Assembly: GCA_036172245.1 (NCBI GenBank)
Contig: JAYWIR010000014.1
Location: forward strand, 806,001 to 870,000
Reading direction: 5' to 3'
DNA from: Raillietiella orientalis
Taxonomy: Eukaryota
Length of the DNA: 64,000 bases
The notes under the pieces were generated by a model, which was given only the letters and a program-made list of their open reading frames with translations, was not told where the DNA came from and searched no databases. Position numbers and translations under genes: made by a program. Below, piece by piece: positions 36,401 to 48,400 of the stretch (position 1 is its first letter; each line of letters starts with the position of its first letter).

Positions 36401-39400
36401 TTTCGAGATCACCTCTAACTCATCGGAAAGGCTCATCCAGACAACCAGTTCGTTCTTGGTGACCGTTCCTCAAGTTATATCAGAGGAATAGTCACCACGA
36501 GCAAGGCTTCTATTTCCCGTTGCCTGCGACAACCCGGAGCTAGTGTTCTCGTAAGAGGTGGGCGAGGACGCTCTGCTGTCAATGAACAGGCTGGAATGGC
36601 AAGGTGAGGCTCTGATACTGCAGAACAAGGGTCGATCCTCCTTCCCGGGCGGCCTATTTCCCGTTAAACACCTAAGATGCCACGCGCGCGCAGCAGAGGA
36701 AGGAATAGAAAGCGGGAAGGGGATGGGTAAGAGGGAAAAACGGGAAGAAAAAGGAGAAGAGTAACTACTGATGTTCTCCGCGCCTGAGTAGGGAGAGGTT
36801 GCGGGTAGGAGCGGGACAAGACACACCCCGGGGGAAATCCTCGCCAGCCGGCCTGCCGGCGTGAGGGCGCGTGTATGCTAGAAGTTGGCCTGACAACCCT
36901 CCCTGTTCTCTCCCTTTTCCGCAGGAGGTGTAGAAGCTCACCTTCCGAGACCATAAGGATCGTGCTCGCGCGAGGGGAGGCAGTGGGGGTGGTCTGCTAG
37001 CCTCACCTGCTAAAGTCGTGCATTGACAGGTCGTTTATGTAGAATCCGGTGTTGATCATGGCGGTGAGGTCGGCCATGACCGGGGTGGCCAGGTACATGA
37101 TCATCTTCCACTCAGAGACGTACATCATCTGACCTGGAAGTGAAGCCCTGGGGGATCAGGCGTTCTCCTGATGTCCACTCCGATGGATTATCGGAGCACA
37201 CCGCGGTTGCGCAGGATTCACGTTTCTATCCCATCTCGCGCCCAGGGGGTAGAGTCCCATTGCATGCAGCTCCAGTCCCTCCCTCCGCCCCCTGCCACTG
37301 ACAGCACCCTCCGGTCAAAGTTTATCGAGAGCCCTGGGGGAGCACTCCTAGACGTGAGTGGGAGTGAGGTGGTGGCGAATCCTTATCCCGATCCCTCGCG
37401 TTGCCATTCTCTCCCACATCATAGATCCAGCCCCCCAGAGGTAGGAAGGAGCTCTCCAGTCTTCATCTCCTTGTTCTTCAGGAAAGGGAAAAATGGAAGG
37501 AGAAGGTAACCTTTTCCTCCCAGGACATCCCTCCCACGGGAGAAGGCGAATCTCGCGTAAGCTCCAGGGGTCTCTCCAGCCTTCCTTCCCTGGACCGACT
37601 CGGTTTCTTCCCGAGAACTTTGGAATTCCGAAAGACCCTTCTCTGATCCCCCGCCAACCAGCAGCCTCCTGGGATCGAGCGGGCATCACCTGTAACGGCA
37701 GATGGGAGGCCGGGGTTTGCTTGAGGGCGTCCCGGAGGGGAGCGCTCGTGAGCTCCCTTCCTCGAGAGATCCGGGAAGGGGGAGGCATGGAACTCCGGAG
37801 ATAGCAGTTTGCGAGCCACTTCTGGTCGCCCCCTTGCCCCTTTCCCATCCCCGCATAAGTCCTCTTCATCCAGAGGACGCGGACGATCCCCGGAGGGGGG
37901 TAATCGTCGCTCGTTCCTCGGGCAGAAGGGGAGTGAGGAAAGCCTTCCGGAGGGCACACTTCTGGTTCCCGGTGACCCCGCCACTCGGAAGGGAGGGCCA
38001 CCTTTCCTCGCCCAAGCGAGAAACCATCCTTGGTTCCCGCCCTCATGCAGCGCGCTCCCACGGGTGGCTATTCCCGGAGTAGCGGCGAGCCGCCGAAGGA
38101 AAGCCGCGACTCACCTTTGAGGTGGAGTTTCTGGGACGATTCGTCGTATAGCGTTCTCATCTGGCTGTTGCGGTTGACCAGCGCGTGCTTGGTGACCAGC
38201 TCAAAGATGTTGTTCATCCTCTTCAGGATCTGGAATCACATGGACCGGGAATGGAGGGCTCCTCCAGAAGGGCAGCAGGTGGCGGGGGCTCGATCAACGC
38301 GGACCCGGGTGGGAGAGCTAAGAATTGTCTCTCCAGGTTTTTGGCGGAGGTCGTCTGAAGGACACCGCTGCCATGTGATGCTTGAGATGCTGGAGGCTCC
38401 TCGGAGGATGGTGGCAGCGGAAGGACACGAAGACACAGGAGATGACCCTCGGCGGAGGCTCGCTCGGACGATAGTTCCCACTCCCCGATATAGCGCTCCA
38501 ATAACCACCCCCTCGACCCCGTCCCTGCCTCTTCTCAGAGACTGGAACCTCCTCCGGAGAGCTGGTCCGGACGGAAGCGAGCCGCCTATGCCGTGGGTGG
38601 AGCTCCCGATCCGAACGCTTCCCTCCCGGTCGCTCTTCTTGGGCACTTTTCTGGTCTGCTCGTGAGGAACCTGTAGACCTCGAGCGCTGCTTGACCCAAG
38701 GATACAGACAGAGCATGGTCCGTCACCGGAGAGGGAGAGGAGAGGCCAAAGTCCCCATGATGGTCTGTCTCGTCGTCCCCATCGATGGTCTGTCGTACTG
38801 CCAAGCATCCGAGAGACCCTCAAGATCAACGCTACCGGGTTGCGGCGAGAACCACCCGCTAGTCTAAAGGAAGCTGCAAATCCCCGGAAGCTTTTTTGAG
38901 AAAGACGAAAGGTGGCACTCGGGAGAAGGAGTCAACATGCTTTCCGAAGTCTCTCCCGGAGGTGCCACTACGCGCCTTTCTCCTCTCTCCAAGGTGCTCC
39001 AGGTCCTCTCCCTGCCTCCTTTTTTCCCCTCACCTCCTCAGTATCTTCTCTGACTTATCGCAGATGGGATAGAACGTGCCGGACGAGCCCTGACTCTCGC
39101 GAGGGAGTGAGGGACGCTTGTTGGCTCTCGAGAGACCTCTGGGAACGACGGCGGTTGTGCCGCTTCACGTGCGCCGCCCTCCCAAGCCCACCGCCCACGT
39201 GAGTGGCGGCCGGGAAAGCGAGAAAACTTCCGGAAGTGATCGATACGGGAAGAGTCACCAACGCACATCCCGAACCGCTGCTTGCGAGCTTCATCACCAA
39301 GAGACAAAGACCTCCCTGTCATGCTGGAAGAAGAGATGGCGCAGCGAGAACGGTAGCTTGTTGCCAGCCTATCCCTAAAGAGAGGACAAGAAAACCTCTT

Positions 39401-42400
39401 CCCAGACCTGGTACTCCGGAACGAGACACAGTCATCTCACCCTATGTGGCCTGCTTTTACGGGAACTTGGCAGATGCAGCGGAAGAAACGCGCAGAAGAA
39501 AGGAAAGCGAACTCTAGGAGAACGGCCTCTCTTCTTTGATGCCAAAAGCGCGGCACAGGGTTAGGTATGATGACCATTGGCGGCAAGATTCCCAGGATCC
39601 TAGAATCACGAGGTGCTCAAAGAAGTCCAGAGTCTTCCACGGCAGAAAGTACGAGGAGCTGGATGACCGGAGAGCATCCAGCATTCATCAGCATGCGTGA
39701 TGGATGCTGGATGCACTGCCCTGTCTGTATCCCTTCTTTGGATGCTGCCAGCGAACGGATGGGAACAGCACTCCTTTTGCCCGCAGCAACGTCTACCGCG
39801 TCCCGCTCCTTTCGTGAGTCTTCGCTCTCGGTGGAAATCCCTGCCGGACCGTCGAGACGTCTGCTGTCAGCTCCCTTGGATGGGAACCCAAGTGACTGCG
39901 ACCCCGACTGGGCATTCCGACGCTGAGCTGCCTGGCTTACCGTCCCGGTAGGGTCCCTTCGTTACGGTTCCGTCACCCGTTCCCGTAACAGAATAGCCAT
40001 CGACACGTGGCTGTATTCCAGGAACCGTTGTCATGCAAAAAATACATAATCAGAAAACGCATCTCGGGTTTGCAGGACGTCCACCGAGGACGCCGTCTAT
40101 TTTTTAGCCGTCTGCACGGGGAACACTAGAGGCGGTTTCTTCTTGGGGACGCATCCCAGTGTCGGATGCAGCGAGCCCAGTAACTGCCGGTCACACGGTG
40201 CTCTTCCAGCTGTAGGGATAGGGAACCCTCTCGGTTTGCACCCTCCAGAGACTCGGTTCCTTCTGCCTGTATCGATCCCTGCATACTTTCCGGAATTGCA
40301 AATATTTGAGCGAGGCACGGATCCTCGTTGCGAAACAACGACCCTCTTTCTCTGTGTGGATGGAGAAGATATTAAGAGAAGCAAAAGAGTGGAAGAGGAG
40401 GGAGTCCTTTCGAGGAATGCCCCACGTTTGGACGCCCTTTGCGATTCCTGTTCTTCAAGGGAGTAGCCATGCGCACACCCCAAGTGCTTTCCAGAGTCAA
40501 CGACAACGACTAGCACCTCTCGTGGACCCTCATTACGGAATCCTGTTGCCTGCTTTACCGAAGGACTCCCTTTCCTGTTGAAATTTTACCGTCAGCTGTT
40601 TGCTGACGATCTGCGCTTCGCTCCTTCGGGAGGCTCCCCGAGTTGGCTGCAGGAAGAGGCTGCACTTCCGACTCCTGAGTCTCCTCCTCCACTGGGGAGG
40701 AGACTCAGGAGAGCCGAGAGACGAACCGTCCCGCTTTTCTTGAGCCTCATCCCTCGAATCGGAGGAGTCGTCCTAGCACGAACTCTTCCTCATACGCCCT
40801 CCTGTTTCCATGGAGAGCTGCGTTCACGGCGTGCCCGAAGCGTACCGTCTGCCCCCTTACTTCCCCCAAGGAAAGGGGCCCCCTGGGGAGGTAGGGTCCG
40901 GGAAACCGGGGCATGTCATCGCAGAACCTGCAGAGAGAAAGGTTGAGGAGGAGGAGAAAGGGGGAAGAGGAAGGAAGGAGGAGGAAGAAGATAAGGAAGA
41001 GGAGTAGGAGTAGGAGAGGAGGAGGAGTATGGGAAGGTTCTTTAACCCAAACTGATGCGAGCAGCATCTATCTACCCTCTGCAATCGGTTATGGCCATCT
41101 AGTTCGTTGCCTTTCTGTTCCTTCCTCCTGTTCGAGATTTTCTATTCCTCACGCGCCTTCCATCTCTGGGTGGAGCTGCTGCTGATTCACAGAGCTCACA
41201 ATCTCGCTCTTCAGGGAGCCAGCTTTAACACGAGCGAGAATTGGGACGTGGGGGTGGGTAAGGGATTCCAACTCCGGCCTGGATCCTGGCTCGGGAACAC
41301 ATCTGCTGTTTGATTCTCACATAGTCAGCTACATTCCCGTGCTGGCTTCGTCTCTTCCATTTGGGATTCTGATGCCTTCATAAGGTTTTACGCATTCGCA
41401 TGGATGCTGCCCTTCCTTTTCCGAGGGACACGGATGGATTGGTACACTGATTTACGGGACTTTATAAATCATCCTGTCTAAGAAATCGTCTGAATCATGT
41501 TTCAAAGATGTGGGAGGAGGGACTAAAAATAAAAAATGAGTAGAGTTCCTCTGTCAAATTTTTCCAACATCCCTTCCGCTGCTAACGCGGCGATCGGTGT
41601 CCCAGGGAACTTCTGAAAAGAAGCAAACGACGCCGCACTAGGTCCATGAAACTCTCCCGCATTTCGGGCTGGAAAATTTGAGAATTTATTGCTCCCTGGA
41701 TCAAGGAGGAGTCTGAGAAGATTGAGATCCATCGCATTCATTAGAGCTCGCTCCATGCCCAGAACGGGCCTCTCGTTCCTTTCCGACTGTTGACACGCGA
41801 CTGAAAAGCAGCGTCCCTTCCCTAATGAGAGCCGTGTTTCCTTGTTCCGAATCCCATTATCCTTCTTCGTTACTCGTGTGAAATTGACTGATTGGGTGGA
41901 GAGGAAAGAAACCACTTTCTTCCCTGAGCAGTTGCATCGGAGGAGGGTTATTGATCAGTGGAGTAGCCGGGTGTCGTTTTCGGTGCGGTCGCAGGTTGCG
42001 GTCCCTGTCGTGGCGATGACCGCGCACAGCAAGGCCTCTTCGGGAAACGGCGCAGAGGTTCTCGGGGCGACTGCGCTCTTGGATGAAGTCAGCGTTCGGC
42101 CGACGCCCTTCTCCCCTTTTCCCGGCAACGATCCTGGGTACCGAAAGGCCACCTGCGTGCGCCAACGCCAAGATTTCGAACTTCTCACCGGCTCCTGGTT
42201 TCCGGAACGGAGTGCTAGATGGCACTAGCGGTCGTCGCGCTAAAAATGATGCCGCCCCGCGAGGAGGTGCTTCAGCGGCGGCAAAGGATTCACTCCCCCC
42301 CCTCCTCCTTCCAGCTCCGAGGCCAAAAATACGCACTGGCTCCTCGGCGCATCCTGCAATGGCGCCCTGTCGTCGAACGGCTTCGAAACTTCGGACTGGA

Positions 42401-45400
42401 ATGCGAGTCTATTGGAGGCGCCACCCGCGGTTTTGTCATCGGGAGTAACGGAGAGACGACTTTCTCGGAACGAGTCACATGTTTTCGCCAAAAAGTGAGG
42501 AATCCGCCATAGATCCGTGGATAGAAGAGCAGATAGCTTGACAGCCGTTACCCACGGATCCCGCAAGCGCGCGCGCAAGTTCGCATGCTCCGTACCCTAT
42601 CCGCCTCCCGTCGACGAAAGGAAGGGGGGAGGGGGATGCGTGATATCATTTACCGCCGCTCAATCCGGGCTGTTTCTTTGTTTGCTTGGTAAACCGCTCA
42701 GCGAGAGCAGGTGCCATGAAAACATGGCTGCTGCTGCTGCACCGAATTGGGATTCTTGCTTCCCTCCTATTTTTTTTGTCTCTTTTTTCCAACGAGTGAA
42801 GCCAACGAGGTGCCATGGAAACATGGCACGATCTGCCTGCGCATGTGCGTCACCTTGGACTTAGGGAAGAACAGTAATCCAATCACGAGAGAAAAAGGGA
42901 GATGAAGAGGGACTCGTACCCTCCTCGCGAGACTGCCAATCCCCGGAAGAGTTGAAGGCGAGCCGAAAGGAGGTCCGCAGCACTTCCGGGTCTACATCGA
43001 AGATAGGGTTCAGGGGGGAAGCAAGCTGCGGAGGAGGGCTCGCTGTCGATCACCCTCTTGGGACTCGCGGTTTCATCTTCCGGATGGCTACCTACTCAGG
43101 GAGCTGGATCGCAGCGCCTTCGGCTGGGGAAGCGGGGGGGGGGGGGGAGGCGGACTCCCCAGACGGGGATGCTCAGCAAGAACTCAGGAAATTTACGGTG
43201 GAGGGGAAGGAGAAGGGTCCTTTGCCGAGGAGGAGCAACCTGCACTGTAGCAGCAGATTTCTCTGCCGCTGCGCCTCTGGGGCCTTCACGAGCGCTCTCA
43301 GTGTGGCCATCCACCGGACGGCGGCCTGATGATGGGCACGCTGCGAAGAGTCAGTGCGCGACGTCAGTCGAGCTTCCGTGGCTCCCATCGCTCTAAAGCG
43401 AACAGGAACAAAAGCTTTCCGGGACCAGGAAGCCCCCCTCCTCCTTGCTCCAGGTCTAACGAGCAGCTCCGCTCCCACAGGGAGATCCGAGGATGGTGGA
43501 GAGGGGTGGATGATTACTACGAAGCCGGCGAGCACACCACATGAAGCTCGGCTGAGCGACTCTCTACGCCACAGGAAAGGAGAAGGGTTGCGCATCCCTG
43601 TGCGCACAAGTCCCCGCCTGTACCACGGAACGGGAGAGGAAGGGGGAGGAAAACAGGAAAGCGCGGACGGAAAGTGGCTTGCAGGTTGCACGGCGTGTGC
43701 GCAACCGCCTGAGGATCCTTTTCGGCCGACTGACTCGTGGTCAGTCAAATGTCCGAGGGCAGAAGAGGGAGAAAGGAGGGATGAAACTGGTCTCTCTCCC
43801 CGGGAAAGCTGAAAAGGAGAGATCAAGTAGGTCGCTGGGGCGCTCTGGCTTCGAGTCGTCAGTCCGCACTCAGCGCCAAGCTGGTCGAGGCCCCGTGACG
43901 GGAGCGAGCGAGCAGGAAGAGGGATTTCGGTACAGACGACTTCCAAAGGGTGGGCCTCGCATCTCCAGGGCTGCTCAAGGGAAAGGACGCTCAAGGAGCT
44001 GCGCGGACGAGGCGATCCGACCGCCTCCCCGCAACGTAAGAAGAAGCCGAAGGTCGAGCCGGCGTGGTCGGTCCCTCGCGGCGACCCATGTCCGGTTCAA
44101 GATGCTCTCAACGGTTGCCGTGGGTCATCCGTGCCGTCCATCCGAGTGGAACCGCACGGTTTTTGGTGTCGCCGATCCGCGACCCCGGAGGGGGTGAAGC
44201 GTGCTGGAGAGGGACGGGCCCGCAGAGAAGGCGCGTTTGCGCTGCCAGAAGGCACCGGAGTTCCGGGGGCCAACGCAGAGTGGGAAGACTCTGCTCGTTC
44301 CTCTGCTCCCGAGAGAGAGGAGGGCAGGGAAAGGTACCCGAGCAATCCACGTTTTCCTCCCTGATGGTCTGGAAAGGGGGTACGCCCTGGAAGAACGAAT
44401 GGAGTCCACCGCGGCTGCTCCGGCACGGCCGTCGAGAGTCATCCAGCGGATGTGCGGGGGAGGCACGGGTTTCACATGTCCTCACGAAAAAACAACGCTT
44501 CCCAGCGTCGCGGTCGCAAAGGGCGGTGGCCGGACTCGCGCTCCTCCGAGTGACCCGGGGTCGATTGGGCCTCCGCTTCTGGACCGGTTCGATACGCGGG
44601 AGGAGCCTCCTGAAGATGCTGCCGCTGCTGCTATGAGCAGCGATCCGGGAGCAGGTGTGTATGATGACATGGAGATCGTGGGGGCGTACAAGAGGTCCAG
44701 GATCCCAGGAAGAACCGACTTCCCACCACGCCAGAGTGAGCCCCCTCATGGCCTTCCTCCCAGGACGAGGAGAGCCCGGGGAGGGCTCCAAGTTGAGGGA
44801 ACGCGGACAAGGTCGGCAGCCTTCTCGGAAATGTCAAGCATTAACTAGCTCTCGGAGAACTTCCAGGCAAGAGCCAATAAAAAGATGGGGAGAGGGTTTG
44901 GGACGTAGGGTTGCAGGTTCGAGGCTCCTCCGAGCTTCCATGGAGACCTCTTTGCTAGGATAAACGAGCTTGCGCAGCAGAGCCGGCCATTGGCAGCGCT
45001 TCACAGACATGACGAATGTTCTCCACATCCCATCCCAAACCCAAGCTGTTCCTTCCAAGGTCAGTAGCTGCCATTTCGGCTTTCTCGCACCTTCCAGCTC
45101 CAAATCGCTTTCTTGGCAGGTAGGCGGAAAACGCGTCCCACAGGCGTGCGCCCTCTGGAGCCGTAAGCGATGCCCTCTGATGAGGCAGCTGATGAGGAAT
45201 GAGGTAGGAGTGAACAGAGTATCAGGACAGCACGCCGCGGGGGAAAAAAAGGCTCACACGAATTTATGTCTGAAGAGCGAGGTCAGGCACTCTTGAGGCC
45301 TGGTCATCCGGAAGGGGATCTGGCACCAGGATATGATCGCGAGCGTCGGTGATGCTTCCCGACGGTCCTTGTCCTTCCTCCTTGACGGAGATTTCCTTCT

Positions 45401-48400
45401 CGTCCGCGCAGGAGTTCCAGGCTTCACCCGACTCTAGAACGCTCTCAGGGGTGGTTCCTGCACCCTCTCGGTTCTTTGGCCTCCTTTACTCCCGGGAAGC
45501 TGCGTCATGCAGCTACCCTGAGGACGAAGGAAGAGAGAAAGTGACTCAGGTGACGACGTCCGGCGAGGAGCTTCATGACTCTAGGGGACGCCCGGGAGCT
45601 GCTCCGCGGTATGCAACCAGCAATGCAAGATGAGGGAAGGGAGGGGCGGGGAACGGGAGCACCCCTTTTGCAAGGTCTCAAGGACATCCCAGCGTGCGCC
45701 ACCGGGGTTTCCTCGCTTCGCCGCCTGCTGACAACCACCGGGTGCGCATGCGCTCGCACTCGCGGTGGGGTGTCCCACGAGCACGAAGCCCACGAGCCTA
45801 CGAGCTGGTTTCGGCATCTTTTCTCCACCCACTTCTCCTCCCCACCCACTCCCGCGCTCCCATCTTCAGAAGACAACGCACTCCTCCCGCTGCTCGAAAC
45901 CGGGAGGACTTACACTTCAGCCAACCAGGCAACGCAACACTCCCGGAACGTGAGGCGGAGCTCTCGGAGCGCAAACCAGCCTCCCCGCCCGCTCCCCTCC
46001 GCGCATGCTCCACTTCTCTTTTTGGCCCCTATCCCACTCTTCTGTCTCAGGAGCCGTCGGCGTCGACGAATTCTGGATCTTCGGAAGGCTGCTCTTGGAG
46101 AGGCAGTCAGGAAGCGCAGCACCACTTTGTGACGTCATCATGTCGCAGCATTTCTCTCCTCTTTCTCTGCTCCAGAGAGATGCCAGAAAAAGGTGGCTTC
46201 CTTCTTTCCAGGATACGTGAAAAGGAATTATGATCTCCGCCCATGACTGAGCCTGCGGCACCTCTTTACATTGATCCACCAGCACCCCGTGCTGGTGGAT
46301 CTCGAGTGGGGAGCCGTCATCACAGGGAGAAAAGGGGACGTGAAGGAACGGAAAGGGCATGGGGCGGACCCCGTGGCAGCCCCAGTTCAGCAGTCGCGTA
46401 AGGAAGACGTTCCGAGGAGGAGGGGTCGACGGCAGACAGTGCCGCCACCGAGCGGACGAACGCGGGAGGGAAGGCATCTAGGAAGAGTCTGAGAGTAGCC
46501 TCCGGCTGACCACGAGGTCCCTGGGGAATCATCGCTTTTACTATCGTGTCACGACAGGACTCTGAAGGGGAGAGCTGGGCATCCTGGAGAGGCATGAGCT
46601 GTCAAGTACACCGTGTCCCATTCCCGTCGGCTCGCGAAGAAATACCCTGATGCGATCCCCGATTCCGGAAAGCGGTGAGACTTTGGGGCGGGGGAGCTGA
46701 GAAGAGGGCGAAAGCGAAATGTCCCTCCTCCCCCACCCCCCATCTCTTCCCTAGAGACGCGGAGACCATCCTTTTTTCCGCGTCCAAGGTTTCCTTTCTT
46801 GCCTGCTCGTGGACGGGAAGAGCGGCTCGAGGTGAGGGGGAAGGCAGGAAGGGCCGTACTCACGCTGATGTACTTCAGCTCGACGAGGGGCCTGACGATC
46901 GTGAAGGACTCCGTGATCTTCTTCCCGGTGATGTTAGACAGGACCGTGGTCAGCGATTTGCCCATCGTGCGGATGATCATGTCAGACCTGCAAGAAGTGC
47001 AGGTACCCGTTAGAGAGGTAGGAGGAAGGAGGGAGAGGAGAGATGCAGGTAGAAAAGGGTCGTAGGGGCCGCAGAAAGATTATTGCCTCTCCTTCAGCGC
47101 ACTTGCTGCTCGGTCTTTTTCGGGGTCTAGTTGCCTACCCGAGAGCTCCCTCCGCCTATTAGGAGCCTCTCTGGGGGTTCTTAAGGGGCGCCTGGCCAAG
47201 CTTGTCGCGTGGGAAGCACCCTCTAATAACGCCGATGAGTTGCTATGCAACCTCGGGACCTGTATACTTCTTGTGCAAGCTGCTGTGATCGCCTATCGTT
47301 CCGGAGGAACGTCAGCGTCTTTCCTCGAGTGGAGACTCCACACTGCACCCTTCTCCGCAGACGCGAGAGAAAAGAAAGATCTCGTTCCTGAGCTCGATTC
47401 TGGAAGATCTTCCAGGACTTGCAACGATTTTCCAGAGAACAATCAGGGATGCGCCTGGGGTTAAGAGGAGAATTTTCATTGTGATTTCGGATTCACCCCT
47501 CCCTTCCATACATTTTCCTTAGAAACGCAGAGGTATCACGAAAAACTCACGTGCTGATCCCATCCCGAACGCCCTTAAGTGCACGTGTAAGCGCGCTCAG
47601 GTCCCTTCTCTCTCCAGACTCTTTCCAGCCTCACCAGCGAAGAGAGAAGGAGAGAAGTGGCATAAGCAACGGCTCTCGAAAAAAGACTCTGGAGATGGTG
47701 TGGGGGAGGAATAGGAGAGACGAGAAAATCTGTTACTTCCGCGTCCACCCATGTGCAGGTGATTCATGACCCATCGCTCTACCTGCCATCAGGGAAAACT
47801 GGCTGTCCAGATCTTGTGCATGCAGCCGACGTGTCCAGAAAAGATGTAGGCTGCTAACCTGCTTTCCCTAGGCGGCTTAGAATAAGCAGTAGCGATCGGT
47901 GCTTGTACAGTGACCAACATCACTTCTTCCAGGAACATTCCTTGCCTCGGCGATTTCTTATCTGCCTCTGGCATTCTCCTCAGGCAAGAGACCAGAGAGC
48001 GGACGGCAAGAAATGAAGGTGATGGTCTTCATCTTTAGGAATTTCTACTTGACTCACGGGAGCTCCGAATGACCTCGATGGTCTCTAAGGGGCACTGGCA
48101 AGACAAGGAGCGCGATTCGTGAGCTGACAGTCGCTACCACCACTCAGACTGCCGCTCGCTGTGCTACCATGCGAGCGGCACCTAGAGCGATCCCTGCCGG
48201 ATCGGTGGAGCGAGCTTCGATTTCTTAGGGCTTGCTCATGTGGATCTTCCGTTCTTTTCCGGAAGGCTGCTTTCGTCGCCCGTTCATCCCATCCCGGCCT
48301 TCGAGATGCACCCATTCCTTACTAAGCTGACTCGTCCCGATACACCCGGGAAGTCTGTCTGCCTGCCTGAAGCTGGACAAGAAATCCCTCCGAAACCCCT

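Noticed and set aside
35300..38830. Idea that host exons were inserted into one intact LINE
   Set aside because: The same RT segment appears duplicated across adjacent introns and the motifs are weak; independent insertions are simpler.
45177..45215. Tandem CTGATGAG motifs
   Set aside because: No downstream GAAA core or stems.
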